Shown: positions 13,576 to 28,482, counted from the first letter of the whole stretch. The stretch: 63,934 bases of DNA, filler included, from Octopus bimaculoides (GCF_001194135.2; 7 parts of 7 records of this genome joined end to end with filler, not necessarily neighbours in it); one strand, 5' to 3'. Notes: generated by a model not told the origin, from the letters alone. A program made the numbers and translations.

Positions 13576-15373
13576 TTATACTTATGTATATATATATATA
13601 TATATATGGTAGACGGAAACTGAAAGAAGCCCGTCGTATATATGTATGTATACGTTTGTGTGTCTGTACACACACGCGCACACACATACAAACACACATA
13701 CACGAATAAACATGGATGGAATCCTAATCTGTTAGTTTTATTCTCTTATGATTGCAGCCAAATCTCACTCAAATCAAAAGCCGTCCTATTAAAAATATGT
13801 ACAGCTCACATGTTGTACCCCCGAGAAAATGGTTGAATATACAATGGAATGAATAGTTATGGCATTAGTTTGAACACAGAACTAAATGTTGAAGATTGTT
13901 CTCAGGATAAACAACCACCATAAAAATAAAACAATAAAAATATATATTTCGTATTTTCCGGAATACAATTAGGACCCTGTAGACTAAAATTTACTGCCAG
14001 AAATTGTAGGTCGACTTATACAGCGAGACGACTTTGGGAAACCAAATATTCTATGTTAACAGCAATACGATTAGGAAAGATACTGCTAGTATTTCAATGT
14101 TTACATTATGTTTCCCCTAGTATACCAAGTTGATTTTTTTTTTCAGAAAATACGATAAACAATATTTGTTATATTTAATTTCAAAAATATTCATTCTACG
14201 CCTTGTACATTAATAGTACAAGGGTTGATTTATGTTTGTCTCTTTTTCTTCTCATCTATCTATTATGTTTTACCTCATACAGGCTCATTCACACAAATGC
14301 ATGCGTATGTGTACCGCAAGGTTGCGGACCTTTCTTTATTAATATAATATAAATATGTATATAATATGATATAAATATAAAACGGCGGTGCCACAGCACG
14401 GTCAAAGTCCACTGGCTGGAACCAAAAATCAATGAAAGGGGTAAAAAGAGTTTTTAATATAATATACTGTCTATCTATCTATCTATCTATATATATATAT
14501 ATATNNNNNNNNNNNNNNNNNNNNNNNNNNNNNNNNNNNNNNNNNNNNNNNNNNNNNNNNNNNNNNNNNNNNNNNNNNNNNNNNNNNNNNNNNNNNNNNN
14601 NNNNNNNNNNNNNNNNNNNNNNNNNNNNNNNNNNNNNNNNNNNNNNNNNNNNNNNNNNNNNNNNNNNNNNNNNNNNNNNNNNNNNNNNNNNNNNNNNNNN
14701 NNNNNNNNNNNNNNNNNNNNNNNNNNNNNNNNNNNNNNNNNNNNNNNNNNNNNNNNNNNNNNNNNNNNNNNNNNNNNNNNNNNNNNNNNNNNNNNNNNNN
14801 NNNNNNNNNNNNNNNNNNNNNNNNNNNNNNNNNNNNTATATACATACATACTGAGGCACTCTTTCTCATTTTCTCTTTGTCTTTCTCTATGCGTTTCTAT
14901 GTATTGCTTATATATATATATACATGCAGATTTGTGCTAATACACACAGACACCCGCCCACATACACACACACACGTATATATATATATATATACACGCA
15001 TACATTATAAACGTACATACATTCACACGCGTGAATGTATACATACATTGAAATATACAGTATGTGTGCATGTGTACAGGTGTGGGCGATCATATATGTT
15101 TCATAGGCTCCTATAAGTATGAGATCATGCGCCTATGTGTATGAATATATGTATCCAGTCCGTTGCTTTCGCGTTGAAGCTGGAAGCATGAAAACGTATA
15201 AATATGCAAAAAGATTAGAAATGTACAAATACATGAAATGACTATGATTCAGTTGAAACTAGTTTAGAACTTTGGGGTATTAGCCATAGAACATGACAAG
15301 TGTGATATTTAGGATAGGTTTGAGTGGGGGCTGTGGTCGTAGGGCGTTCCGGTTTCAATTCTTACAAGCACAC

Positions 15374-15416
<43 letters not shown>

Positions 15417-16005
15417 NNNNNNNNNNNNNNNNNNNNNNNNNNNNNNNNNNNNNNNNNNNNNNNNNNNNNNNNNNNNNNNNNNNNNNNNNNNNNNNNNNNN
15501 NNNNNNNNNNNNNNNNNNNNNNNNNNNNNNNNNNNNNNNNNNNNNNNNNNNNNNNNNNNNNNNNNNNNNNNNNNNNNNNNNNNNNNNNNNNNNNNNNNNN
15601 NNNNNNNNNNNNNNNNNNNNNNNNNNNNNNNNNNNNNNNNNNNNNNNNNNNNNNNNNNNNNNNNNNNNNNNNNNNNNNNNNNNNNNNNNNTACTCGTACA
15701 GAAACACAGTCCTACATTTTCGCGATGTATATAATCATTTATAATATATTGATCGTGACTTCGAATAGTTACCGTGTGTAAGGCTTATTCACTTTAACCA
15801 TGCCATTTACTCAATAAAACTTCGAAGTCATTCTAATAGAATTATTTTCAATATCAGATTTTCGTATTGCATTCATTTGATGATCTCCGCTGTTCTTCTG
15901 ACTTTTAGTGTGTGTCTATCTATCTATCTATTTATCTATCTATCTTTTTATCTATCTACCTGTTTATCTATCTTGCTATCTATATGTATGTATATGTATA
16001 TATAT

Positions 16006-16041
<36 letters not shown>

Positions 16042-16534
16042 NNNNNNNNNNNNNNNNNNNNNNNNNNNNNNNNNNNNNNNNNNNNNNNNNNNNNNNNNNN
16101 NNNNNNNNNNNNNNNNNNNNNNNNNNNNNNNNNNNNNNNNNNNNNNNNNNNNNNNNNNNNNNNNNNNNNNNNNNNNNNNNNNNNNNNNNNNNNNNNNNNN
16201 NNNNNNNNNNNNNNNNNNNNNNNNNNNNNNNNNNNNNNNNNNNNNNNNNNNNNNNNNNNNNNNNNNNNNNNNNNNNNNNNNNNNNNNNNNNNNNNNNNNN
16301 NNNNNNNNNNNNNNNNNNNNNNNNNNNNNNNNNNNNNNNNNNNNNNNNNNNNNNNNNNNNNNNNNNNNNNNNNNNNNNNNNNNNNNNNNNNNNNNNNNNN
16401 NTGGTGAGGCAGAAACTCCTTGATATTTTGGGTATTTGAGTATATTTATATAAAAGTAATAATTTAAGGTGCCTCAACTGTACCTTATTCAACTGAATCT
16501 TGTTTGGCTCGTATGTAGGTAGTTGCACTCACAG

Positions 16535-16640
16535 TCTAGCGATCGTAGGTTCGATTCCCAGGCCAGACGGTGAGTTGTGTTTTTTGGGGTAAAACAAACA
16601 CTTTATTTCACGTTGCTCCAGTTCCTTCTGATGGACGGTG
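16535..16640 (+). mobile_element. Decayed SINE family C head (tRNA plus CORE-like)
   Basis: GGTTCGATTCCCAGGCC then CACTTTATTTCACGTTGCTCCAGT, as at 29930-30020. Confidence 0.65.
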
Positions 16641-18290
16641 GAATGTTGACCCGTTCACCTAGTATATTTGATATTTTTTCATCATTTGAAACACTATAAT
16701 TTTGGTTTGGGATATTTTTGCCTCTCTTTTCCTTTTATGCAAACTCTCAAATTTATCCCGATAACCCCGTATAGCATTACGTGTGAATACGTGTATATTT
16801 AGTCGTTAGACCGTGAGATCTAATGCTTCTTGTTATTCACGCTGACTCTCACCTCTTTCATTTGAAATCCAACAAACTTCAGCTTTTAACTCCCGTCCAT
16901 TATCGTCCGATATAAAAAAAAAGTAACAATTAAGAACACTTCGCTAGAGGAACTACAAAATTTCAACGACATGCTTTGCCATATTTGTCTCGGTTCTCTA
17001 TGTTCTGTGTGAAAATTCCACCAGGATTAATTTGAAGTCTAGACTTCATCCAACTCCCTGTTTATCACCATTACGTCATACTTAAAGTACCCATATTAGC
17101 TACAAACTCTCCCGTATTTTCACTTACAAGTTTCAGGTAAAGTCAGTAGAAATCCTCCCTTTTTATTTTATTCCGTTTCTGATTCTTTGCACGGTGTCAT
17201 GGTCACTGTCTTATCTCCTGGATAAAAAAAATGTTTTAAAAATATCAATTTGTAATGTCTTCCGCATCAGAATCCTTATTAGTCGGTTTTTAGTCTTTCA
17301 CACTCACAAGTCAACTCACGCATTTCTTTCTCTTCTCTTTGAATTTGTCGGTCTCTTTCCTTTTATCTCTCTTTCTCTCCCTTTGTTCTGTTCCTATCTC
17401 ATTTTATCATTATACGCCATTTCCTTATGTAACGTTTGAGAACATCGAACATTCATTTTAAACAGCTTTCTTTTTCCATTATACATGTCTAATTCTCCGA
17501 AATCGATGACGAGCCATCTCTTTTATTCAATATACATCTTTATTCCTCATATATGTCTTTCTATTCTATATACATGACTACTCCCGCTTTCTCAATCTAT
17601 CTGTTTCTCTCTCTCTCTCTCATGCTATCTATCTCGAGCATTTAGCTATCTATTTCTCTGCCTATCGATCTAATTTTGTGTGTTATCTATCTATCTATCT
17701 AGTCTATCTCTAGTCTAACCGTCTATTCATTTGCCCGGCCGTCTCTCTTACAGTCTATCTTGTCTAGCAATATACTTATCTCTCTTGTTTCTCTCTATCT
17801 ATGTTGACTGTCTAGCAAGCTAATCACTCTCTCACTTTCTCTCATCATCCTCTCTATCAATATATCTAGATACCTCGATATCTATCTTGTATCGTTATCT
17901 CTCAACTCTTATTTTTCTAGTCTTCTCTCTCTTTTTCATATCTATTTTCTCGGCATAACGTATTCTTAGTTCGTTGACTCTTACTATCTCTTACATACCT
18001 CTGTACACATTCTTGTCTCTGTGTTTTTCTTTCACAAAGCATAACTATCTTCCACCTACCCTCATCATTTCACCCCTCAATCTAGTTGTCTCCCCTTCTT
18101 ATATTCTCCCATTCTCTCCTCGGTCTATACGTGCATTCCTTTTGCTTATCTCTTACACTATCTCTTTCAATTTGTTTTACTAACATTTCTCTTCAATATC
18201 TTTTAATATTCCTTTATTTATTATCCGAAATTTTATTTACATATTTGCATCTAAAATATAGCTAAATATATGGGTGTGTGACTGTGTATT

Positions 18291-18369
<79 letters not shown>

Positions 18370-18531
18370 NNNNNNNNNNNNNNNNNNNNNNNNNNNNNNN
18401 NNNNNNNNNNNNNNNNNNNNNNNNNNNNNNNNNNNNNNNNNNNNNNNNNNNNNNNNNNNNNNNNNNNNNNNNNNNNNNNNNNNNNNNNNNNNNNNNNNNN
18501 NNNNNNNNNNNNNNNNNNNNNNNNNNNNNNN

Positions 18532-18573
<42 letters not shown>

Positions 18574-18765
18574 TATATATATACATACATACTTAATTCA
18601 TATTTACATACATACATAAGCTAATTTATATATCCAGCTCGTTTCTGCTTCACTTTCTTACACATTAATTTTTTTCTTACAATATATTACACTCCGTCTA
18701 CCACCCCACACTCTCTCTCACCACACATACATACATGCATACATACCTACATAGATACATATATT

Positions 18766-18808
<43 letters not shown>

Positions 18809-19502
18809 ATTTATATATGCAAGTATATATCGATAGATATATAGACGTGTGTATGTCTACTTGTGTATGTCTACTTGTATATGTATATATATATACATTA
18901 TACGCTTATACATATGTATATATACTTTCTATTTCCCACCAGACATCGTAGCAAGCAAATGATTAATCACAGTGTATAAGCTATTATTTTTCTTCCCATC
19001 AACTCCCCAAACATTCCAATAAATCCACGTATATAATAAATATATGTACACATATCGAAACAGATTCATGAATACGCATACAAATAAATAACAATAACAC
19101 AGACATATATACAGAAATACATGCATACATACACATGCAAAAACGCGCGGGCGCGCACACACACACACGCACTTAAATAGGCATACATACATATCTATAG
19201 ATACATATAGAGAGAAATATGTAGACAGCTAGATTGATACATGCAGGCATATATCCATATTCACATATTTACACATGTGCATATATATTTACACATGCAT
19301 GCACAAAAATTTGTAATGACAAATGTATACATAATTGTATTCCGATTTCAGACGTTGTATATATATATATATAGCTTCGAGATGGTAATATAAAATAATA
19401 CAGCATATTATATATATATATATATATACAGTATACATACATGTATCTACATTTCTGCGTATACATATATGTATTTGTATATTTATGTTTATATGTATAT
19501 AT

Positions 19503-19541
<39 letters not shown>

Positions 19542-20380
19542 NNNNNNNNNNNNNNNNNNNNNNNNNNNNNNNNNNNNNNNNNNNNNNNNNNNNNNNNNNN
19601 NNNNNNNNNNNNNNNNNNNNNNNNNNNNNNNNNNNNNNNNNNNNNNNNNNNNNNNNNNNNNNNNNNNNNNNNNNNNNNNNNNNNNNNNNNNNNNNNNNNN
19701 NNNNNNNNNNNNNNNNNNNNNNNNNNNNNNNNNNNNNNNNNNNNNNNNNNNNNNNNNNNNNNNNNNNNNNNNNNNNNNNNNNNNNNNNNNNNNNNNNNNN
19801 NNNNNNNNNNNNNNNNNNNNNNNNNNNNNNNNNNNNNNNNNNNNNNNNNNNNNNNNNNNNNNNNNNNNNNNNNNNNNNNNNNNNNNNNNNNNNNNNNNNN
19901 NNNNNNNNNNNNNNNNNNNNNNNNNNNNNNNNNNNNNNNNNNNNNNNNNNNNNNNNNNNNNNNNNNNNNNNNNNNNNNNNNNNNNNNNNNNNNNNNNNNN
20001 NNNNNNNNNNNNNNNNNNNNNNNNNNNNNNNNNNNNNNNNNNNNNNNNNNNNNNNNNNNNNNNNNNNNNNNNNNNNNNNNNNNNNNNNNNNNNNNNNNNN
20101 NNNNNNNNNNNNNNNNNNNNNNNNNNNNNNNNNNNNNNNNNNNNNNNNNNNNNNNNNNNNNNNNNNNNNNNNNNNNNNNNNNNNNNNNNNNNNNNNNNNN
20201 NNNNNNNNNNNNNNNNNNNNNNNNNNNNNNNNNNNNNNNNNNNNNNNNNNNNNNNNNNNNNNNNNNNNNNNNNNNNNNNNNNNNNNNNNNNNNNNNNNNN
20301 NNNNNNNTATATACATAATGCATGCATTAGTGAGAAGGAAAGAAGATAAGACAGACCGACAGACACACATGCAGACGGAC

Positions 20381-20442
<62 letters not shown>

Positions 20443-20929
20443 ATCAGACCTCAGGACATGGCATTTATTTGCGAACGTATTTTAGTGGACTGCAAATGGA
20501 AAACATCCTCACAAGACATGGTACTGCAGACGCTTAATTTTAACCTACGTCTCTTTCACGTGTAACCAAGAAGAAACGTATTGATTCTATTCTTACAGAA
20601 GAAATTATAAGATACGCCATACGCTTGACTCTAGTGACCCCGAATCCAACCTCAGCTCTCATGAAGCCAAATTACTCCTCATGTTCAAAGAGTGGAAAAT
20701 AGGTAACTGTAGTTAATTCTTTGGTGCAGAAGGCCGCAGCCGACCATGGCCGACCATGGNNNNNNNNNNATATGCGCACACACATTTATACATGAACATA
20801 TGGATACCTATGTAAAGATAGGTAAATATATTTATGTATGTATGTGTATCTTAAATCTTTTATCTTCTGTATTTAATGGGTGTCAGCCAGAGGCTAAGGC
20901 CATACTGGAGCTCCGCCTTTACTGCATCC

Positions 20930-21490
20930 GGGGATTTTTTCTAGTATTGCTTCTGGTGAAGTAGCTTGTCGGACGTTTCCACCTTCTTTGGGTCTCCTGC
21001 CGCGATGTAGATTCATCCGGAACTGCAGATAAAACACTGTCTAGACGTATTTTGAAGACTTCCATATCTACACCTTGCAGATCACTGATGTTCTGAATTA
21101 CAATATTGAGTACGTATCCTCGATGGAGAAGATGGGACTTTTGGTACTGTGCAGTTCGGGGATTATTGTAGATTTTAATTCCGAAATTTGGAACCGAAAC
21201 CTCAACAGTTTAGAGTCCTAATTCCCTCAATCTCTCCCAGTAGCCCATGTGTTTTCCTGAGTCTATCTTCTTTGAGAGGAGGCGTTGGATTGCTTCTAGC
21301 TCCGCAATTAGTTTTACACCCTGTAGGGACCAATAATCCAGGCGACAAAGGACAAAGGTTCTGCAAAGCACAAACATTGTGTCCCTATTCCTGGTCCTGA
21401 AGGATCTAAGGATCCAACCTGACTCCTACCTGCATACTGTTGCCATTTGAACACTGTACACATGGAAAGTTGCGTCGTTCCTCATGTGGA
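20930..21490 (-). pseudogene. 3' end of a CR1/L2-group LINE (RT C-terminus), degenerate
   Basis: Minus-strand peptides GWILRSFRTRNRDTM, AELEAIQR, YWERLRELGL, RIRTQYCNS, DLQGVDMEVFKIRLD, VPDE; stops and deletions present. Confidence 0.8.
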
Positions 21491-24400
21491 TTCTCAGGTC
21501 ACACACAGACTCTAACTCTGTATATATGTATATATATATATATATATATNNNNNNNNNNNNNNNNNNNNNNNNNNNNNNNNNNNNNNNNNNNNNNNNNNN
21601 NNNNNNNNNNNNNNNNNNNNNNNNNNNNNNNNNNNNNNNNNNNNNNNNNNNNNNNNNNNNNNNNNNNNNNNNNNNNNNNNNNNNNNNNNNNNNNNNNNNN
21701 NNNNNNNNNNNNNNNNNNNNNNNNNNNNNNNNNNNNNNNNNNNNNNNNNNNNNNNNNNNNNNNNNNNNNNNNNNNNNNNNNNNNNNNNNNNNNNNNNNNN
21801 NNNNNNNNNNNNNNNNNNNNNNNNNNNNNNNNNNNNNNNNNNNNNNNNNNNNNNNNNNNNNNNNNNNNNNNNNNNNNNNNNNNNNNNNNNNNNNNNNNNN
21901 NNNNNNNNNNNNNNNNNNNNNNNNNNNNNNNNNNNNNNNNNNNNNNNNNNNNNNNNNNNNNNNNNNNNNNNNNNNNNNNNNNNNNNNNNNNNNNNNNNNN
22001 NNNNNNNNNNNNNNNNNNNNNNNNNNNNNNNNNNNNNNNNNNNNNNNNNNNNNNNNNNNNNNNNNNNNNNNNNNNNNNNNNNNNNNNNNNNNNNNNNNNN
22101 NNNNNNNNNNNNNNNNNNNNNNNNNNNNNNNNNNNNNNNNNNNNNNNNNNNNNNNNNNNNNNNNNNNNNNNNNNNNNNNNNNNNNNNNNNNNNNNNNNNN
22201 NNNNNNNNNNNNNNNNNNNNNNNNNNNNNNNNNNNNNNNNNNNNNNNNNNNNNNNNNTATATATATATATATATATATGTATATATTCGTACATAAATCT
22301 ATTACCATTCTGTTTGTCAGACACATATATCTTCAAAAATATCTCCAGAGATATTTTAGAAACAAAACTACTAAATATACGTTATTTTATTTAAATTAGT
22401 TACTTTATTTTCTGTACGGGATACTATGGAATTCTTCTCCATCAATTATTGTCAATTCCACAGAAGCGGATGCTTAATTTTAGCTATCTATAGAAACATA
22501 AAGAATCTAACCAGATAACACGCTTGGCTCTGATTACAAGGAATTTGCATTGGATCCAATTACGTTGAACATGACAAGAAAATCAGTGACAGCGCCCGTG
22601 GCTTTAGCAAACTCATTTCAGAGTGGTAATGATGGTGGCTTTAGCAAGCTCAGTTCAGAATGGTAAAGATGGTGCCCTTGGTGATCAGTTTAAATTTTGT
22701 TACTTAATGCTTCCAGCGAAAACAGAGAGAGGATGCGTTGCGGAAGGACTGAGATCCAAAATTATCTGAAATGTTTAATGCGGTGTTTGGTATAGATGAT
22801 AGAAATGGTGTACAAGAAGGCATAAGACCGTACAAACGATTACGATGAAAGGAAAATAGTGACTTGTTTCTGTGTTTAAGCAATAAATATCATTGTAGTG
22901 GTTGTAGATATCACATATACTGTAGATACATATATACATCCACACATACATACATACATACATACATACATACGTACGTTTATATTTTTCATATATATAT
23001 ATATATAATTGAAATTGACAGAAAAGAAAAGACGATTACAGGTGAGGGAAGCAGGTGTATTAGTTTGACGGTCAGGAAGAATGGAAAGGGTTTTTGACGT
23101 TCAATAGAAAGATTTGAGGTGAAAAATACAGAAAGAGAACGACAAAAAAAGTAGGGATTACTGGTTCAACATGATAAAGAATATGTACGTACGTATGTAT
23201 ACATGTATNNNNNNNNNNNNNNNNNNNNNNNNNNNNNNNNNNNNNNNNNNNNNNNNNNNNNNNNNNNNNNNNNNNNNNNNNNNNNNNNNNNNNNNNNNNN
23301 NNNNNNNNNNNNNNNNNNNNNNNNNNNNNNNNNNNNNNNNNNNNNNNNNNNNNNNNNNNNNNNNNNNNNNNNNNNNNNNNNNNNNNNNNNNNNNNNNNNN
23401 NNNNNNNNNNNNNNNNNNNNNNNNNNNNNNNNNNNNNNNNNNNNNNNNNNNNNNNNNNNNNNNNNNNNNNNNNNNNNNNNNNNNNNNNNNNNNNNNNNNN
23501 NNNNNNNNNNNNNNNNNNNNNNNNNNNNNNNNNNNNNNNNNNNNNNNNNNNNNNNNNNNNNNNNNNNNNNNNNNNNNNNNNNNNNNNNNNNNNNNNNNNN
23601 NNNNNNNNNNNNNNNNNNNNNNNNNNNNNNNNNNNNNNNNNNNNNNNNNNNNNNNNNNNNNNNNNNNNNNNNNNNNNNNNNNNNNNNNNNNNNNNNNNNN
23701 NNNNNNNNNNNNNNNNNNNNNNNNNNNNNNNNNNNNNNNNNNNNNNNNNNNNNNNNNNNNNNNNNNNNNNNNNNNNNNNNNNNNNNNNNNNNNNNNNNNN
23801 NNNNNNNNNNNNNNNNNNNNNNNNNNNNNNNNNNNNNNNNNNNNNNNNNNNNNNNNNNNNNNNNNNNNNNNNNNNNNNNNNNNNNNNNNNNNNNNNNNNN
23901 NNNNNNNNNNNNNNNNNNNNNNNNNNNNNNNNNNNNNNNNNNNNNNNNNNNNNNNNNNNNNNNNNNNNNNNNNNNNNNNNNNNNNNNNNNNNNNNNNNNN
24001 NNNNNNNNNNNNNNNNNNNNNNNNNNNNNNNNNNNNNNNNNNNNNNNNNNNNNNNNNNNNNNNNNNNNNNNNNNNNNNNNNNNNNNNNNNNNNNNNNNNN
24101 NNNNNNNNNNNNNNNNNNNNNNNNNNNNNNNNNNNNNNNNNATATATATATATATATATATACATACATACATATGCATTTGTGTATGTGTGTGTATACC
24201 ACTGTATGTTACATCACACCCGTGTATATGTATGTGCATGCATGCGTCAATGTGTCTGTCGCCAGTTTCTCTCTGACGTGTTCATAGGCATTCAAATATG
24301 TGTGTTTGTTTTGTCTTGTGTGTGGGTATGGTTGTCTCACAGTGTGCTTAATATGTATGCGTGTGTTTCGAACAAAACATTCCTGTACACCTCTTGTCTA

Positions 24401-24869
24401 TGAGTCTTCGAAAGTATATTAAATGCGTATAACATACGCATATATTGACATGTGGTGTGCGGGTAAGCAGGCAGTGAGATAACAGGCGATATAATATGCT
24501 CTTCTATATTGTATGTACGCTTCACTTGCTAGATATAACATTATCTTGATATTTCGCTACCAATTCAGATTTAGACAGTTGCTGTGGATTGCGTTTAGCC
24601 AGCGTAACTGCCAAATCACATCTACGACCCTATTGATCGTTAGCCACCACCAACATTTCCCCCATTGCAGTAAAATTTAAATGGATACCATACACATAAT
24701 TCATGTTGTCTTGTTTAAGTATAAATATACATACTTGGGCGTACGACTTATAAGAATGCATGTGTATGCGTATATATATATATTTGTGTGTGTAGAGAGA
24801 GACGCAAACATGTGCACGTATATGTATGCATACGATTGTGTATGTAGTATATAGAGGTATGTAAACCAA

Positions 24870-24900
<31 letters not shown>

Positions 24901-25123
24901 NNNNNNNNNNNNNNNNNNNNNNNNNNNNNNNNNNNNNNNNNNNNNNNNNNNNNNNNNNNNNNNNNNNNNNNNNNNNNNNNNNNNNNNNNNNNNNNNNNNN
25001 NNNNNNNNNNNNNNNNNNNNNNNNNNNNNNNNNNNNNNNNNNNNNNNNNNNNNNNNNNNNNNNNNNNNNNNNNNNNNNNNNNNNNNNNNNNNNNNNNNNN
25101 NNNNNNNNNNNNNNNNNNNNNNN

Positions 25124-25156
<33 letters not shown>

Positions 25157-25276
25157 GTGTGTGTGTGTGTGTACAATGTAAAAGGTAGGGTAGAAAAGAA
25201 AAAGAAACTGAGGAAGAGAAAAGAAAAGACATAATAGATAGTTATGTAGGTGGAGAGACAGATAGGGAGATGACAA

Positions 25277-25377
<101 letters not shown>

Positions 25378-25881
25378 CAGATTAAGAGAGACAGAGGGAA
25401 TAAGTGAACACTAATGTTTGATTTTCATGTAAAATATTAAATGAATAAATAAATGTATAAATATATATGTAAATAATAGATAAATAAATAAGTAATCTCC
25501 CTGACGCATCGATACTAAAATACATACTAAAATATTAAAATACTTGGTATGCAATGAAATGTGAACGAAAGGAAAAACACATGAACATTTCACATTTAAG
25601 AGCGTCGTCCATGTTTTGAAATATCAAGTAATCACTTGAAAATGTATTTGCTGCATTTTACTGGAATTGTAATTAAATAAACTATTAGAATTACATGAAA
25701 AATCTCTACAATTTCTAATATATTATAGAAACGGAGATTGAAAGCGTCGATAAATAACTATCACGAGGGTAGTTTTGGCTTCTCACCGCTTCTAGAACAT
25801 CATTTAATGGACTAGTTTTTTTTGTTGTTTTTTTTACATAATAAATAGAGAGAAATTTACATTGTTGCATGTTACATATAA

Positions 25882-26040
25882 AGGCGCGTGATCTGACGGT
25901 TAGTGTGTTATATCTATGATCTGACGATTGCGGTTTCGATCTTCCCAGACTTCGCAGTGCACAGTATTCCTGAGAAAACTTCTTCATTTCGCATTGTTTT
26001 ACTCCATTCAGAAGTTAAATGTGAGTTTAATGCTGCAGGG
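25882..26040 (+). mobile_element. Decayed SINE family C
   Basis: GGCGCGTGATCTGACGGTTAG head, GGTTTCGATC box B, TTCATTTCGCATTG core. Confidence 0.6.
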
Positions 26041-26224
26041 CTAATTCTGAGACGAAGCGGCGTCACGTCCAAAAGAAAATATTCTGATCTCAGTCAGAAT
26101 GTGCATTATAGAAAACAGTTACTCCGGGTTTATGACAGACCGAACGTAATTCGTGCTCTTAGGCAGAGTTGAAACTGCAACTTTCAGTCTTTTACGTAGG
26201 ATTTTGGGCAGCAGGAAAAGTAGT

Positions 26225-26460
26225 TGTCTTGGTCTTCTACAGTCTTCCCATTTCTTTGGCTGGATCCTGATATTTAACAGGTTTTCCAACTTTATTAATA
26301 TCAGCACTGTTTTTTGAGGCAATTGAATAATCTATGATCTTATACTGTTTGTTTATTTTGTCCTTTATGATCATATCTGCTATACTTGCTTCAATGGTGT
26401 GTTCAGTCATTATGGAGAAATCCCAAACGATCTTGTAACTTTCATGTTTTATTACAACCT
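26225..26460 (-). pseudogene. R4/Dong-like RLE domain remnant
   Basis: Minus strand ESYKIVWDFSIMTEHTIEASIADMIIKDKINKQYKIIDYS..KYQDPAKEMGRL matches the WDF..PD..IID..KYxDL RLE pattern. Confidence 0.75.
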
Positions 26461-26554
26461 ATGTTGATATCAATAGATATTACCATTTAAGACGCCGCGC
26501 AATATCCAATATCGCGATGTCGTTGATTGAAGATTTTGTGTCAGACAAACAGTA

Positions 26555-26963
26555 CTTTACGCAATATGCATGAAGTTCCAAGTAATGCCGATTTTTGCAA
26601 TACACCTGGATTGTAGGATATTTCTAAAGTTTCCAGATGTTTTCGGGTTGAGTGGTATTGAAACTAATGCACCAATGGACAATAGGGACAAACTTTATGT
26701 TTGATTCTCGTAGCTGCCACATCTTGGTGATCTCAGTTTTCAGGTTTCTATATTTATCAATCTTTTATTTTTCTTTCATGATAATATGTTGATCTCCTAG
26801 CACTGCCATGTCAGTTATTAGGCACTCTTGTTTGTCGCTCCTAAAGATCACCATATCAGGCTTTCGATGCATTAACATCTTGTATGTCTGGAATAAAAAT
26901 CAGAGGATTTTTGCCTCCTCCTTTTCGTTCATTACCTTTTCCGGTCTATGTTGGTACCAAACA
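26555..26963 (-). pseudogene. R4/Dong-like RLE domain to ORF end, degenerate
   Basis: WYQHRPEKV..AKIL*..HRKPDMVIF..CLITDMAV..KIDKYRNLKTEITKMWQL..VPIV/IGAL..LQKSALLGTSCILRKVL; stops and frameshifts. Confidence 0.88.
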
Positions 26964-27070
26964 CTTGCAAGTGGAGTCCAGTAAGAATGTTCTTCAGATC
27001 AAGTAGCCCATGCCGCTCTGTAAGTGCCACGCATGAAACACTCGGCCCCTGAGTCACTTTCTACCAACTA

Positions 27071-27166
<96 letters not shown>

Positions 27167-27268
27167 ATTTATCTATATATATATGTATACAAATATATAC
27201 ATATGTATACACATATGTGTGTATGCATATATATATATATATTCATTTATTCTCAAATGAAAATGATG

Positions 27269-27317
<49 letters not shown>

Positions 27318-28064
27318 GTCAATCATGTATTGAGTACTACCAAACTAGCAAACAAATATCTATTTTGCGTGCGTGTGCTTGTGCGTATATACTGCATTTA
27401 CGTGCGTATGTGTATAATTAGTGTTGTATAGGCTTTATTAATATACAAGATTTAATGTCATGTCTCAAGCTTAAGGCATCATTGATTCTGCATTGATTGA
27501 TTAATTTTGTCGCTTGTTATTGTTATTCTTATTGGAATTGACAAACTTCCCACTAGACGTGTATCGATTCGATTTATTCACGCTTCAATAGTTATGAATC
27601 GATCTTTAAAATTTAATGACTCAGTCGCTTGTGTTTTTCCCATTTTGGCTCAAACCATGCATTGATTTTTTTTACTAGCAATCCTTCAATAACAACGTAT
27701 ATTGATCTGTCGATTTTAATAGCTATTATTGATTTTCATTTGAGAATAATTGAATATTTATAGCTACATATCGATCCATTTAGATTCTACGACATTCATT
27801 GCCTATCCACTGTTTAGGAGTCGATGGCGTATTGAAACAGTTCTTCCACAACATTATATACAACAGACAAAATATGTTATGATATAATTATATGATGGAC
27901 GATTGAAAAAAAGTTTAATGTTTCTCTGCCTTATTTAGAACGCTTGAAACCAGTGTAGAGTTTGAACAACGTATTTACACATACACGATAACAAGCAAAT
28001 ACTCAAATCTTTAACTCACACATATCCACATAAAAAACACATACAAACGCATACTTATATATAT

Positions 28065-28095
<31 letters not shown>

Positions 28096-28195
28096 NNNNN
28101 NNNNNNNNNNNNNNNNNNNNNNNNNNNNNNNNNNNNNNNTTAATTAATTAANNNNNNNNNNNNNNNNNNNNNNNNNNNNNNNNNNNNNNNNNNNN
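28096..28195. other. Artificial 100-bp scaffolding pad N44-TTAATTAATTAA-N44; motif at 28140 here and also at 40816, 42828, 44951, 52368, 62317
   Basis: Six identical constructs; the 12-mer has stops in all six frames and always sits between exactly 44 Ns on each side. Confidence 0.97.
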
Positions 28196-28203
28196 AACAA
28201 TTC

Positions 28204-28356
28204 TTAACCCTTTTGATACCAACTTGGCTGAAACCGCTTCTGGCTCTGTGGTACAAATGTCTCGTTTTCAAAAGTTCTGAATTAAAATCTTCCACCAAAC
28301 CTCAGCCATAATTGATGTTCTTAACACTAGCTGAATGATAACTAAGTTATTTTAGC
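28204..28356. mobile_element. Partial TTAA-flanked (piggyBac-type) MITE
   Basis: Starts TTAACCCTTTTGATACC; other end replaced by an RTE-type tail. Confidence 0.6.
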
Positions 28357-28365
28357 AAATCCTTT

Positions 28366-28482
28366 GTTGTGCTGGTGGCACGTAAAAGCACCCAATACAC
28401 TCTTGGAGTGGTTGGCATTAGGAAGAGCATCCAGCTGTAGAAACTCTGCCAGATCAGATTGGAGCCTGGTGCAGCCATCTGT
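28366..28482 (+). mobile_element. RTE-type 3' tail fragment (LINE or SINE)
   Basis: GGTTGGCATTAGGAAGAGCATCCAGCTGTAGAAA motif; related to the reverse of 32590-32625. Confidence 0.6.

Noticed and set aside
16840-17050. Minus-strand DNGRELKAEV resembling an integrase SDNGREF motif
   Set aside because: One short motif among stops; too little to assign.
28140-28151. TTAATTAATTAA as a recurrent conserved motif or CRISPR-like repeat
   Set aside because: Always centred in exactly 44+44 Ns; a scaffolding pad.
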